Of a stretch of DNA of 64,000 nt, positions 24,301 to 37,900 are shown in pieces; positions within the stretch are counted from its first letter, which is position 1; each line of letters opens with the position of its first letter. The stretch lies in NCBI RefSeq assembly GCF_032062105.1, contig NW_026918422.1, positions 62,001 through 126,000 on the forward strand. The letters run 5' to 3'. Source of the DNA: Saccostrea cucullata. Taxonomy: Eukaryota. The position numbers and the translations under genes were made by a program. The notes under the pieces were generated by a model. It saw nothing but the letters and a program-made list of their open reading frames with translations, was not told where the DNA came from and searched no databases.

Positions 24301-24622
24301 ACACAGTCGAAATAGTGTTTCGGCCTTGCTCTACATGTCAAGCAACTATGAAAATTATTTACATGTATAACCCAAAAAACTCTACAAAAGGTCACTCTAC
24401 AAAACAATACGCTCTTTAAGTTCATGGTTAAAATGACAACACAATTATTCAAATTATAAATATCAATACCATCCAGAAATATAAAACTGGTACATTCAGA
24501 TGTATCAATACGAAATTATTCCTTTGAAATCATCAACGAATATATGTAAATGCTTTCAATTTTACTTCCAACATATTATAGATAAATACTGACAAACAAA
24601 CCTTATTGTCCGGCCTCTGCAT
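21374..24622 (-). CDS. Cys-less (Pro-loop) pentameric ligand-gated ion channel subunit, ~373 aa; exons 24622-24602, 24120-23965, 23642-23445, 23334-23077, 22990-22835, 22111-21932, 21720-21673, 21478-21374
   Basis: All introns phase-0 GT-AG, giving one open frame. Motifs: ILEIDTLKETFTADV, WREPKL, WNPKIFILN, loop TESMELVLFPFDIQDL (no cysteines), QEW, pre-M1 RKPGFFVWN, M2 ENRLQLSIMLVLITVTFK, M2-M3 IPKISYTTHLD; four TM helices. The first mini-exon is the least certain part. Confidence 0.9.
22070..22305. repeat. Four ~60-64-bp tandem copies of the splice acceptor plus start of the M3 exon
   Basis: TTCTAG|GATCGGTACATCATCGGCAGTA-like unit (minus strand) at 22111, ~22171, ~22235 and ~22295. Confidence 0.85.
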
Positions 24623-25489
24623 TGTATGATCCACGGTCTGAGGAGAATCCTCCACACAAAAGACAAATATGAACTTCTAGTTGTATGTACCTCTTATGGA
24701 CATTGTTTCATTTTTAATTTCAGTATGAATTTATTGTCCGTATTTAAATCAAAGAAATTAATACATGTGTACTTATATGTAATCTTTCTTAACAATTAAA
24801 TAAAACGTATTCGCTAATCCTCTTATTTGGTCACCCACAGTTAGGGAAATCAGATCTGAGTTTACATAAACTTAAATAACATTGATTTGTAAAGCACATT
24901 CGATTCACTCTGCTGAAAAATAAATGTTGTCACAATCTAACTGCGGCATCCCAAACGCTGCAATATTCTATTTTTTTCACTTCCATTTATGATTTTCCAT
25001 TTTTATTGAACAATTTAAATTTATATTTTTTATAATTTCATTTGTATTTGTATCTTGCATTTATTCCTCACAAATGTGTTGCTTATTTTTTATTGCAGTA
25101 TTACTGCAGGGTCATGTAGCATGGAAAAATTAGAATAGAGGGTGATTTCTTAATGAATCCAGAAAATTAAGCTATAATTAGATTATCCTTATAAGTCAGA
25201 AAAATTATCAATGGGAATCAAACTTTCTATTTTTTTTTATTTTGACACCAAAAATATGACTTCATCCAATCATGTATTTTGCAAAATATTTTCAAACCGC
25301 TTTAATGGGATCTCCAAAGATGACTAAAATATTATATCCTCAAATCATTATATCCAATTAATTGTTTTTATTTTCCAAAACGGAATAAACACAAATATAA
25401 TTGTCTATATGAATATACATTATCTTTGTAGTACTTCAAAAATAAAGGTAGTTTTTTTTTAGATTAAAATCTTGACATTCAACTAGACA

Positions 25490-25810
25490 TTAAGATATTA
25501 TCAATTAAAATGGTTAATTTTTTCATTCATATGTCGACACGATATATCTAGTGAGCTTGGAAAAAAGATACCTCCAAGTCTCTGAAATGTCGGTTTCATA
25601 TTTGGATATTTTACTTAAAAAGACGTTAATGGTAATCTTACAAACAAGCTATATGATAAACGTGATGATTCTTACTTTTCAATTGCCAGCTTTCCTTATT
25701 TATTCAGCGTCTGGCCGACATAAACATTATACATAGGTGATAATTGCGAATTGCAGAATAAATATATGAAGGTTGACAATAGCTAAAGTTGAAGTCATCA
25801 CGTTTATAAT
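25490..25810 (+). mobile_element. Penelope-like RT fragment
   Basis: Degenerate match to 18230-18430 in reverse (SYLDILL, LYDKRDDF-like). Confidence 0.55.
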
Positions 25811-26070
25811 AAAATTTAATAACAGAGAAGCATCAGCATATCAAGATTTTAATTATTGTTTGATAACGTGTTGATATTTTGGTTTATGTACGAAATCAAA
25901 TTTTGTTATTATATTGTTTCAAAAGATTTCAATTTTAATTATTTAATTTACTTGCATATAATGTAAATGTATAACACAATTTTGAAAGCTGTGTTGTGAA
26001 ATGACAAAAAATTGACATGTTTCAGTGATTTTATTGTTTTATTTCAAATCTCATAATTATCTTTTTTGTG

Positions 26071-29000
26071 TCAATACTCGCATGAAGTATTCCTGCATCT
26101 AATGTCGTGCCTTTCTTTAGTTTTTGTGTTGATTTGTATCATCTTTGATGCTACAATTCTAAAACTAATGCATAAAAAATATTTTTAAAAAATATCAGAG
26201 TATTTAAAAATGAACAGCATCTACAAGTCATTTACGATGTTAAAGTTTTACTAATGTCAAAGTGGAAGTATTCTAGCAACTACTTTACAATTTAAAGTAT
26301 TTCAACATTTATATATTTTGATCAACCGAAAACAGCGTGCTTACCTTTCATCGTTATAATTAATCAAGACTGTCGCCATTGGGCGTTGTCGAAGTCTATA
26401 GTTTATTAAATTGTTCACGTGATCGGAATAGTTGACCCAAACTCCGTTGTTGTCCCGCCACTGCCACGATAGATCCCGGCTGACTATAGCTGGTTCAGAT
26501 TTAAAGTTTTTGTTTGATGAATGTTTTTGCGAAATATGTGCAACGTTTGATTCCAAATAAATAGAATTTTCATTTGTTCCTGTTAAACGTAGCTCCGGAT
26601 TTTTATCAGTATTTTTATTAATTGAATTAATAGTTAAGGCGTTTATTCTAGGTTTACCTTTGTTAGCAACAAAGTTTTTGACAGGCGAAAATGAATTTAC
26701 AGAAAAAGAATTCTGATATTCGTTTGGACTTGAAGGTCTAGTATGTTCAGGGTATCCAAATATAGAATCCACTGAGTTGCCTTCTGGACCAGTATCCTGT
26801 CCTTCATCAGTTTCCAGATCGTCCACTGAAACAGCTGTAGAGGAGTGTTCTGTCTGTTTGTCTGTAACATTGGCTCTATCCATACACGTAACCTGCTCCC
26901 GCTGTATCATGGTTGGTCCAATCCCGTTTTGGGTTTGGGCATCCCTTTTCTCTCTGGACACTGTACGTTGAATTTGATTTGATTCTTTACTCCGCGATGT
27001 AGTATTCCCTGCATATTCTGTTTTAACGCCACTGTTCTGTTTGGTTACGTTGGTTCGTATATCCTGTATTTCAGAACTACCTACAAATTACAGACTTAAC
27101 AATACTGAGCTTCTTTAAACCATATAGATCAGAAGCAAGCACATTTTGTTTATCAGCGTTAAAATATGGACATTTCTGAACATATATCATAAACACTGTT
27201 GTTCATTTTTTGCACAGTAAATGTGTATATAAGGAAAGTTATTGATATATAAAAACCTTTTAAATCATTAGAAGTACATCTATAATCATTTTCAGAATCG
27301 GGCTTCTTTGATGCTCTCCATTGTTCCCTAACAGCTTTCATAACTTTCTGTGAGAGCGGATCGCTACAATGCAGAATAAAGTGTTCTGTATTAAGTAAAC
27401 ATTTGTAGAAAACATCATATTTATTAACAGGGAACAGACCTCATTCCAATTTGTAGAAAATTATTGATCCACTTATCTATAAACTTCAAAAGAAGTTTTA
27501 ATAATTCAATAATTAAAATGATAAAAACTACCAAAGTTCAATGTCATATTTTCCATCATATCCAAATCTGTAGTTACTCATTCTTCCACATGGCCATCGA
27601 ACCTTAAATGTAATAGTTGTACACATACATATTCTAATTAATATTCTCAAAACTGATTAATAAAAGTAAAGTAAAAATCCAATATCTCTTAATTAAAAAA
27701 TAATTTAACCTTTTTATGTTGAACCAGGATGTAAAAAAAGTTCCTTAGTCAAATTCAGCATAAAAACAAAACGTTTTATTCGTGCATAGTATAGTTTAAT
27801 TATGAACTAACATAAACGGTGGCATTATCCATAACTCGATAACAAGTCCCGATAGCCTCTTCTCCACCGTCCTGATCTCCCCATTTCCAATCAGGTCCTT
27901 CAAAATAAAAACAAATGCGTAATTACAGTGGAACTCAAAAACATAACATTAAATACTCTATATGAAACATACGGAGATAACGAACAGTATTCAAGATCAA
28001 AAGTCCATAAAACAATACAAAACAGGAGCAGAGCAAACAGAGACCTCCAAACCATCAAAGGTGGGATCAGGTGCCATGGAAGCGCATATGTAGCAGGGAA
28101 CTGTATTGAACATGATTAACGTCGCTTTACCTCTTTTGACTAGACACCCCACAGCGACAAATCCTTCCTTAGGGATTCTGGGCTCTTCACAAACCACAAT
28201 ATCATATGTATTTCCTATTCCATATTTATATACACCGCGACATCCATTATCCCATTCTACGAGTACTATACCAACTGTGAAAAAAAAAGAAAAGTAAAAA
28301 AGAAACAAGTCGATGCAAAGTACCAAATCGGCAACAATATATTCAGCAATGTAAAGATTGTTTACAAAGAGTCTAAAGAAAAAAAAAGTATGTATTTAAC
28401 ATTTTTATTACAGCCGTCGTGTTACAACAAAATTGTTTCCTCCTTTGTCCATGAGGAATTACCCTCCCTCTTTCAGTATTATATGTTCAGTTTGACCAAC
28501 ATTAAATATATATGTATTGCATAAAGAGATTGTGAATATACTGTCTCGAAAAAATATGCAATAAGATGATTGAGTGCATTTGAGACATTTCCTTACATAA
28601 ATCTAATTACCTTTATCCCCATGACCAACTAAAGTTCCGATGCCCTCGCTGTCCTGGTTCCGATAACTCCAGTGTGGACCACGGCGAACTCTCGTACCGA
28701 GCCTAGGAATTGTAGAGTATTTCTCCTTATACCAATGATCATCATCGTCTTCTACCCTTTGCTGGGTCTCCATAATTCCCTCTTTGTTTTGTATTATCTC
28801 GTATATTGTGTCCTTTTAATATAAGATTGAAATTTGAGTTACATTTTCTTTTTATTTCAATTTGGGTAAAAGTGAAAATAAGACAACACAGATATGGTAT
28901 CAAATTTTGGTGATATGTTTGATTAATTTTGGGAATATCAAACAAAAATAAATGCTAAGACAAAAAAAAAAACTTGTCAATGAGTACAAGTCCGTATTTA

Positions 29001-32000
29001 TTTTTCTCAAAATAAATTAATTTTCATTCAATTAACGACTTGGTATTCGATCTGGACAAAATGCCAACATAACTTTTTTGATCTAATTGTACTAAAAGGT
29101 TGTTTTAACAATCACTTTTTAAAATTAAATGAATTTATTTTCAAATAGATAAAATGCCATGAGTATCCAACATACCAAATCGTCTTCATCGTAGGTATGT
29201 CTGAAAAGTACGTTATCTGCCACAGATCTCAAAGCTTCTCTTTCAATGTCATTCTTGTTTGTTACTTTGGATATCAAATCCGCAGATTTCTGTAAAATAT
29301 TGCAATTGTTGACAAGTGGAAATTTAATGTGATAAAAATAAGGAGAGCAATATAGATGTAAACTTAATTACGTAATGTAGTGTATATCGTCCAAAGCACT
29401 TTGCTTCATGAATCTCCAAAACTTTGCCACCTTGAGACACACCTGATATGGTTAGTAATAAAGGCTGAAATAAATAAATAAATATATATATTATTTGATA
29501 TCTTATATATATAACTACATGTATTTTTGCATTTAATTTATGTGTTTTTACTGCCTCACAAAGGGGAAAAAAATCAGTCGGATAAACTCATTACATAGTT
29601 CAATTTAAGACTAAATAATTGCCTTTTAACAATTTTAGTTTTCTTTCAGGCTAACAGGTTCATGACATCTACACTGTGTAGATTCTAATTTTGAACGAGA
29701 GCAGAAGTTCTTTACATAAGTAAGCATTCTCTGTCAACAGGTAGCACCTATAATAAATTCTCTATTGTTTTTTTTTTTTTGACAAGGCATTTTAAGTTTA
29801 CATGGTAAAGAAAATGACTAGAAACTCGCTGTGAATATTGCCATAACAGAACCAAATAAATTCATTGCTTTTTGAAAGGACTGGTGTTCCTTAATATCAT
29901 GTCACCAGAATAGACAAAAGGAGAAAATAATTACTTCTTTTTCTTTAGACTAGGATTATGAAATGACTTCAATATTTCCCTCCAAAACTGGTAAAAATTA
30001 GCTTGTTGGATTTTTCTGAGTTTTAAAAACTTTTTATCATTTTGCTTTTCCTCAGAAATTTTTCCAAGTGTCATTTTTTTTATGGTGTGACAGGTCGGCA
30101 GGGGATGCTTATTCCTCCGTGGCACCTGATCCCACCTAGGATGTTTTGGAGGTCCGTGTTTGCTCTGCTCCTATTTTGTATTGTTAAATGGACTTTTGAG
30201 CTTGAAAACTGTTCGTTATCTCTATATATTTTATACAAAAAAGTTCAATAGGTTATCGAGTAAATGCAGTACCAGTTCACTTTAGAATCAATTTGGATGA
30301 AAAAATAGGGAAACTGATTTAAATAATTCAACTGTGAGAAACTTTCCTTTCGCACAAAAACTGAATAAGTGAATAAAGGGGTAGACATGTGATGGATAAA
30401 GCATTCATCAAAAGAAAACGTTCAAATTGAATTCGAAGTGTATTGCAGGGCTTACATAGTTTGGGTTTTCTCCAACAGGAAAGCAGAAAATTGGATGGTC
30501 TCTTCCTATTTTTTGTGTGATTGCAGAGAGTGGTGCTAATATCTATTCATAAAGAAATAACGAACAAATTTATTTTATTTTTATCTCATATTATTATTAT
30601 TATTATTTTATCTTTAAGTGCCATTTCATTCAAGTTAAAAAATAAGATAAACTTTTAGAAAGAAAAAAGAAATCTTGGTGAGATTACATGTTCATTTGGC
30701 ATTAAATCCATTTCATTCTCAGTGGCCTCTAAATTCTTAAAATCTGTTAGTTTGCCGTCTGTAAATAGAACCACTCTTGGATTGAGATGGAAGTCACCAA
30801 TGCGACTTGTGTGGGCTGTAAAAAATTAATGTTAACATGTTAAACATGTTGATCAAAAGTTTGAACAGTCTGACATTAGAAATAGATTCAACATTAGTGT
30901 GATACATGTGTAGCATTAGATCGTATCTTCAGGGAATCTGTAGAATACACATTTTCTAAGAACTTTGGTTTCTTTTAAATTTTCTTCCATCAACAATAAA
31001 TTTAATACAATATTAAGTTAAAAATGAAAACATAAACGCAATGTATAATATGCAGTTTTTACTTTAGTCCATTTCTATTAAATTTTGATCTGTACAATTG
31101 ATCCTTTTTAAATTTCCCCTCCATCTATACAGACAAAAATTTCTAACTTCCCACTCTTTTGTATTAGTTTCAGAGGCCACGTATCCATCCTTAAGTTTGT
31201 CCTGCATTTCAATGCACCCAGAAGTGTAGAAGATCTGATGACCTCAATGGGCAAAACTTCATGTGACTAAACATGAACAAGACCACTACATGAAAATTGC
31301 CCATCTTAATGTTAGGCACCTAGCTTTATTTAGAATTTTAATAGTTTGGAAGCAGTTGCAGTTTGGAATTTTCTGTAGAATTATCTGTTGGATTATATAT
31401 AGAAAATACTGGGTGTAAATATCGTGGACTGGAGCTTAGCTTATGTTCACTGCATCTATTGCTTTGTTGGAAAAATCAACAGGTTAAAATTGAAAGAACA
31501 AGTACAGGGCTAAAACCATTACCAAAACACCTTAGCTTGTATTCTGTAATTATAGAATCGAATTATGGACTTGCTTAGCTTCTTTAAATAATCCATTCAA
31601 GATTTAAATCCATACATGTAACCATTTCCTCTTGTTCATATTATAATAAATCTACATACCGGCTCCCTCGTACAGCCCCCCGAGGGCCAAGAGAAAGGCG
31701 GCAGTGAGTGGCGAGGGCCCACCACATTCAACCTCCTCTGAAAGAATTTAATAACATCAACAAAATGTGATACATGTAACTAATAATTATATAGCATATC
31801 AAAGTCATCATTTGGAATGAAGTGAAAAATAACAGAAATTTAATTGAGTAAAACACATTTTAATTCTCCATGTCGAATACTATTTACTGAAATTTATATT
31901 TAATCTGTCCACAACTAAAATTTAAAAATAATGAGCTGATATGAATTGTACATCTCTTTGTAAAATATCAATGACTCTTCAAAGAGCACTTTTCTAAACA

Positions 32001-33270
32001 CAATGTTTTCTCTGATATTTTTTGAACTACATGTTTACATGAAATCCAGAGCGAATAAATAAAGTTAGTGTTTTTACCAATGCTTTGTTTTATTGTAGAA
32101 TATTGGTTGGAATAATAATGCAGAAATTTGGTTTCTTGTCCAAAAACAATCACAGATACATTCTCATCAAGATCTGGTTGGTCATCAAACTCTATAAATG
32201 TCAAAAATTGTAGAAGTGTATCATAAAGAAATAGATACTCAGACAGATATCATTTTCAGAACAAATTGGCAACCCTCTAGTATCGCCCCCACTCCTCGCT
32301 TCATCTGCCTTAAAGGTTCCCCTCTCATGCTCTCAGAAAAGTCCAAAATAAAAAGAACACAACTTCCTCTTCCCTTCTGATATCGGAGGGCTTTCTCTAC
32401 AAATAACAGGCAAACGTAAATTGAAATTTGCGTAATGATTTTAGCAATTTGAAATACGAGTATGAATAAATATTATAAAAATGATATTAAAAATGAAAAT
32501 GTGTCTGTGAAACACTAATTATGGTAGCCAATGGCGAGGATTGAAGTTTCTCTGATGCAAGTCAAACTCCAAACGGCAAGGTCAAAAGTCATATTTGTTG
32601 GTATCCAAAGGAATGTCTAGTCAAATAGAATAAAATTGTGAAAGATGAAAGCCCTATTCCAAATTTATGGCCATTATTAGGGTTTTAAAAGAGTTTTAAA
32701 GGTTTTTCTATTAATTGAATACACCTGTGAATGATGAAAGCCCTATAGCTATCTGTTCAAATGTTATGGTCGAGATTAAAGTTTTTTAACAAGGCAAAAC
32801 TCTAAGGTCAAGGTCAAAAGGTAAAAAAATTCTACCGATTGAAAGACCTTGTCACAATAAATACATATGTATTATTTACATTATGTACCATAGTCCCTAG
32901 CACCAACTATTCAAAAATAATGTCCAGGGTTTAAGTCAAGTAATTATTTGTAAACTTTGGATCAAAATCCAAGGTCAAGAGGTCAAATTTGCTGTTATCC
33001 AAAGAAAGGCTTTGTCACAAGTAATATACCAGTAAAATATAAATGCAATAGCCTACCTACTGAAAAGTAATGACCAAGGTCACTAATTTTGCGGACGAAC
33101 AGACAAACAGACAGACGTACGTTCAGGACAAAAACTATATTCCCACGATCTTCGATTACGGGACAAAATAACTGAAGTTTTAGAATATAAAAATAATCAA
33201 CTGACGTACGTTTTACAGAATCAACTTTTGCTTGCGAGAGCCACATACACTCGTACATAGTAGTATCCAT
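26071..33270 (-). CDS. VWA - 2x MIB/HERC2 - WWE protein, subfamily A copy 1 (apparently intact, ~16 coding exons)
   Basis: VWA: CVLFILDFSESM (DxSxS), GGPSPLTAA, VVLFTDG, IFCFPVG, SQGG. MIB/HERC2: LGTRVRRGPHWSYRNQDSEGIGTLV...VEWDNG...YKYG...YDI and VGCLVKRGPDWKWGDQDGG...VRWPCGRMSNYRFGYDGKYDIEL. WWE: WQWRDNNGVWVNYS...FRIVASKMIQINTKTKERHDIR. Splice phases are consistent. Confidence 0.85.
27970..28085 (-). mobile_element. Penelope-like 3'-end fragment
   Basis: GGAGATAACGAACAGTATTCAAGATCAAAAGTCC...GGATCAGGTGCCATGG, shared with 17735-17880. Confidence 0.7.
30085..30225 (+). mobile_element. Penelope-like 3'-end fragment
   Basis: GGTGTGACAGGTCGGCAGGGGATGC...GGCACCTGATCCCACC, the reverse complement of the same repeat. 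Confidence 0.7.
32500..33172 (-). mobile_element. Degenerate HINE/Helentron-like element with AAGGTCAAGGTC repeats
   Basis: Repeated CAAGGTCAA units, (CAGA)n microsatellite and terminal hairpin TCCCACGATCTTCGATTACGGGA. Confidence 0.5.
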
Positions 33271-34269
33271 GTCCTGAAGGAAATTCTGTTATTTACTTTG
33301 AAAGATGAATGTTCAATGGTGATTGTATCTTCGACTTAAACATCAAATTGAATAGCAAGAGTAAGATGAATTATCAGATCAAATATAAAAATCACAAACC
33401 TGTCTTGTTCCTGCTGTTACTTAGTCGAAATCTATACACACTTATTGAGGATACAGGAAGTTTTTCGTATTATGATAATGAAGCAGTCACAAAAATACAG
33501 GAAGGATGATGAATTGTTCAAATGCACTAAAATGCTTTTTGTATAACTCTTAAAAAGAATTTTAAATGCCAAAATGATGTCAAGTTTTTTTTTCTGAGAG
33601 GGACGAAGACAACTTGATTTGATACACAATTATACATCGCACATCACTTTACCAAAAACGATTATTCTCACTTCATGATCAATAAGAAAGCTTACTAGCT
33701 TCCCTTTTGATTTTTTTTCCGAGTTCATCCTTCCAATTTACATCTTTAGAAAACGGATACAGATCTGCAAAATGCGCAAGTTTCTCCTATTTTTTAGATT
33801 GAATAATCGTGCAACATGCTATTTTAAAAATACATTTGTGTAAACAAAAGGCAGGACTATCCTCTATCACCAATTATAACAAAACAGAAATGCTTGAGAA
33901 TAAAAAGCAATGTTCAGTGTTCGCTCAGAAAGAATTCCAATCTGTATCAGCCTTTCTTGGTCTGTAAATGACAATAAGTGTACACAGACAAAAGGTATAT
34001 TTGTCTCATTTTTATTTATCTTATACAGTATTTAAAACTTAAGAACTAGGGGTCCAAGCACCTTGTAATTGTTCCCCTTTGTCATATTGCAATTGGTTCA
34101 GGGGTTCTAGAGAATTGATGTACACAACCGACAGAAAAAAGCGATAGCAAAAGTTCAACTGAGTATCTCACTTAAAGCATAGAAATTAAAGATGTTTAAT
34201 AAATGTAAAAACATATGATATATAATGCAACATGTTTTCTAAATCCTAGAATAATTCCCATTTAAATAA

Positions 34270-34880
34270 AATATATGAAGATAACGAACAGTATTTGAAC
34301 TCAAAAAACCATAAACAATACAAAATTGGAGCAGAACAAAGACCTCCAAAACGTCAGAGGTAGAATCATGTGCCATGGAGTAGTGAGCATCCCCTGTCGA
34401 CCGGTCACACCCGCCGTATGTCACTTGTCATGATCGGGAACCAAAGCCAATTCAGTGTGTAAATAATGGCCTAACACTAAGTATAAAAACATCATGATCA
34501 GTTAGCATATGTCTTAATGGATAAATTGTATTTGCAGATAAGGTCATTGTATCGACCAAAGAACTTGCGCAATGATGACTTTAAACCAAACTGCTAATAT
34601 TCTTGTTTTAGCATTTGTCTGTCAATAAATTACTTTGTTTTAGAAATCGTTTATATAAATCATGCTCTTGCGTATCAGCTGAGAGATATAAACCGTATAT
34701 GCTAGTGATGAAGGTATATTGCTGCATAAGTATGGGAAGTTGATGATTGAAGAAGTGAAAGTCATCACGTATTTTGAATTAAAATATCTAAAAATGAGAC
34801 AGATTTGTCAGACTTTGTAGTATCTTATATTTCAAGCTCATTGGGATATATCTTTATCGACATAAGAATGGAAATAGGAC
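34270..34880 (-). mobile_element. Penelope-like fragment (RT end plus 3' region)
   Basis: Colinear with 17735-18410. Confidence 0.7.
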
Positions 34881-34998
34881 ATGAAAAGTGTATTCAATAA
34901 GTTATAAATAAAATAAATCTGAAAAGCTTAATGTTTTTGTAAGCATTGATGCCAAAAATAGTTTGATTTCAGGGAAACTGCAAATGTTCAGAAAACAA

Positions 34999-37900
34999 TC
35001 AGTGATTTTTTTCACTCTTGAGAAGTCGGATATCAGTGCTTTGTCTTGTTTTAATATCAATCTTCTTCATCTTTGATAAAATGATCCTGTACCTAAAGAG
35101 ATAAACAAAAGTACACCATGGTAAACTCTGACAAGGACAGCTTGGATAGTCAAAAGAGAGAGAACGTTTTAGATAGGCCATTTTTTGTATTGTTCTGGCA
35201 AAGTAATTCATTAAATTTAAAAATCTCTTGACTCATTAATTGGTTTTACAACACTTAAGACTTCTGTTCATCACAAAGTAGTTATAAATGTATAATTCAT
35301 GTAAATGTAAATCAAGACCATTGCTCTTTTAGTATTCGACATTTTCTAGCTGTTCCCTCGGCAATTTTCGTGTCCTTAGGATAAGAAAAAAGAATTGTGT
35401 AGAGAAACTCTGGTAGCTCTCTTAAACAAATCATGGAAGATATATCTGATTATTTCACAAAATAGGTTTTTATTTTAAAATATGTTTTCAGAATACTTTG
35501 CCAATACTTTACATATAGGAGTATGTAAAAGTATATCATACTTGAAGAACCTCTGCAGCTGCAGAAGTAAAATATTTCAAAACAACTGGTCATTTACCCA
35601 GAAAAAAATGTTAATCTTACCAGTTGTCCCGGATGTTAATAAGTACTGTGGCTCTATTATTCTTCCTGTAATCAGTATCGATCTTTTGACTCATTTCTTT
35701 AGGGAAGTTTACCCACTGACCATCTTTGTCTCTATATTGCCAGATATCTGTAGGGGGAGACTTGGCCTCGGCTTCATTCTCATGCTTGTCATCGATGAAT
35801 CCAGAAGTTTTACTATAGTGATAAACATCTCCCGGATCGTCACATTTAGATGTGGTATTTGGATTTTTACCATATGGAAGGACGGGTCCGTTCACGAAAG
35901 GCGTAACAGTCAGACTTCTTATAGAAAGATGTGTTCTCCCTCTTTCCTCCTCTCGAGATTCGATCTCAGGCGCTTGTAAATAAATGCATTAAATGAAAAA
36001 TCACACTCGCCCCTCTCAACCAAACAAAATTATGATTTGAATACATAATGCATAGTAAACAAACTTTTCGTGGATAACACAACGTGGGATTTTTACAGAT
36101 AATTAAAAAAAGCATCTAATATTTTCTTCTACTAATAACTTAACCCCAAATTGAATCATATTCATAGTCAATTAATGAACATACATTTTGTATTGCTGGT
36201 GTCATTTGCTAATTTAGAAGCCATTTCTCCAGCTTCTTGTTTTTGTTGTCTCAATCTCCTAATTACATCCGAGTCAAATGGGTCACTAAAATATCATAAA
36301 CAAAATGCTTTTGAAAATTAAAAAAAAATTAGTTAAAGGTACACTATCAGTATATGATGTTTTTGACTATGGATAGGTACATACCACAGCTTGACATCAA
36401 ACTTTCCATCATAACCAAATCTGTAATTGCTTTTATTTGAATTTGGCCATCTTACCTATAATATTGACAATTTTTTTCAACATACGAGTAATAAATAAGT
36501 TTTTTTCATATCTCTTTCAAATATCAAGTTATTGTTAGAATTATTTACATGAACGACAGCATTCCTTTTCATTTTGTATACCACTCCAATACTTCCTTTT
36601 CCGCCATCTTGATCTTCCCACTGCCAATTAGGGCCTTTAATGGTAAGAAAAAATAACAATGTATCATAAAATATTTTTGTAATATTCCTGCTATCGTCCA
36701 AATGTAACGATAAGAGGTGAGTTAATAAAAATATAAATATGGAAAAAAACACAAAACGATTTTTTTTCTCTAAAACAATCAAATCTTTTTGCCAAGAGTA
36801 AAAGATTTTTGAATAGTTTTACCTCTTTCGACAAGACAACCGACAGCTATTAACTCGTCGTTCAGAATTCTAGGTTCATCACATTCAACCAAGTCAAAGT
36901 TTTCAAACATCCCATTACTACCGTACCGATAAGGAAAATTCAAACCCGCATCCCATACCACGCGTAACCAACCATCTAAGAAAGGTCCAATAATGAGTGA
37001 ATTGAATATAATGAAGCATTCAGACGCTTACCAAAGTTCGAAGTTTTATTAATAAGAAAGATATCTTTAAAAAGGAGCTTTGAGTAAAAGTAAAATAAGT
37101 TAGCTTCGTAAAGTCCCTCCTATAATTATCCTTACACCTTCCGCAGTCGTTGTGGTTAACAACAGTGCCTGGACCGTGACAGTCCTGATCCCCCCACCGC
37201 CAGTCTGGCCCCCGCCGAACCCTTGTACCCACCGGGGGCATCTGTGGATTATATTCATCATTTTCATCATCATCGTCGTCATCATCCACAATACTAGGGT
37301 TGCCTTTGTAAGTGGTTCTTTCACTTATCAGTTCTAAAATATCATTCTGTAAAAATGATTTACATCTTAAACTATAAATATATTGATTGGCACTTTTTTA
37401 AAACAAACATGGGGATTCAGAGCAGTATATGAATTGCATTAAAGTTTAACAAAAAATTAATTTATTGACAACAGATCAATGTTTCCAGTATGTTACCCTG
37501 TCATCGCCTGTTGCTGAATTCATCATTCCAGTAGATATCATGGCTAATTCTAAATCTCCATGAGAAAATCTCTCACCTTTTATAGTCTGCAAAATCTGAT
37601 CCGCTCTTTTCTGAAATTGCATTATGCCAAGCTATAGAGAGGTATATATTAACTATACTATTTATATTATACTATTACTTAACTTAACTATTTATATTAA
37701 CTATTTATCCTTAGGAAATGTTTTCCATGTTTACTTTTGGATTATTTTTTTTGTCTACTGATTGTAGTTCACTGACCATGTTAAGATGGTATCTTCCATA
37801 CTGTCTGGCTTGTTGGGGTTGTATTAGTTTTCCTCATACGCAATCGATCCCAAAAGACACTATATATCAGAGTACAAAAAAAAACAACTTACACCTACTC

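Noticed and set aside
21374-24622. Recent bacterial horizontal transfer or contamination of the ELIC-like channel
   Set aside because: The gene has seven spliceosomal introns and host-like composition, and lies among animal genes.
26071-33270. Calling the cluster genes MIB1/MIB2, HERC2 or Deltex
   Set aside because: They share single modules only; ZZ, ankyrin, RING, HECT, RCC1 and DTC domains are absent.
35482-35979. 165-aa plus-strand ORF
   Set aside because: Antisense to the linker/WWE exon of B1; no recognisable motif.
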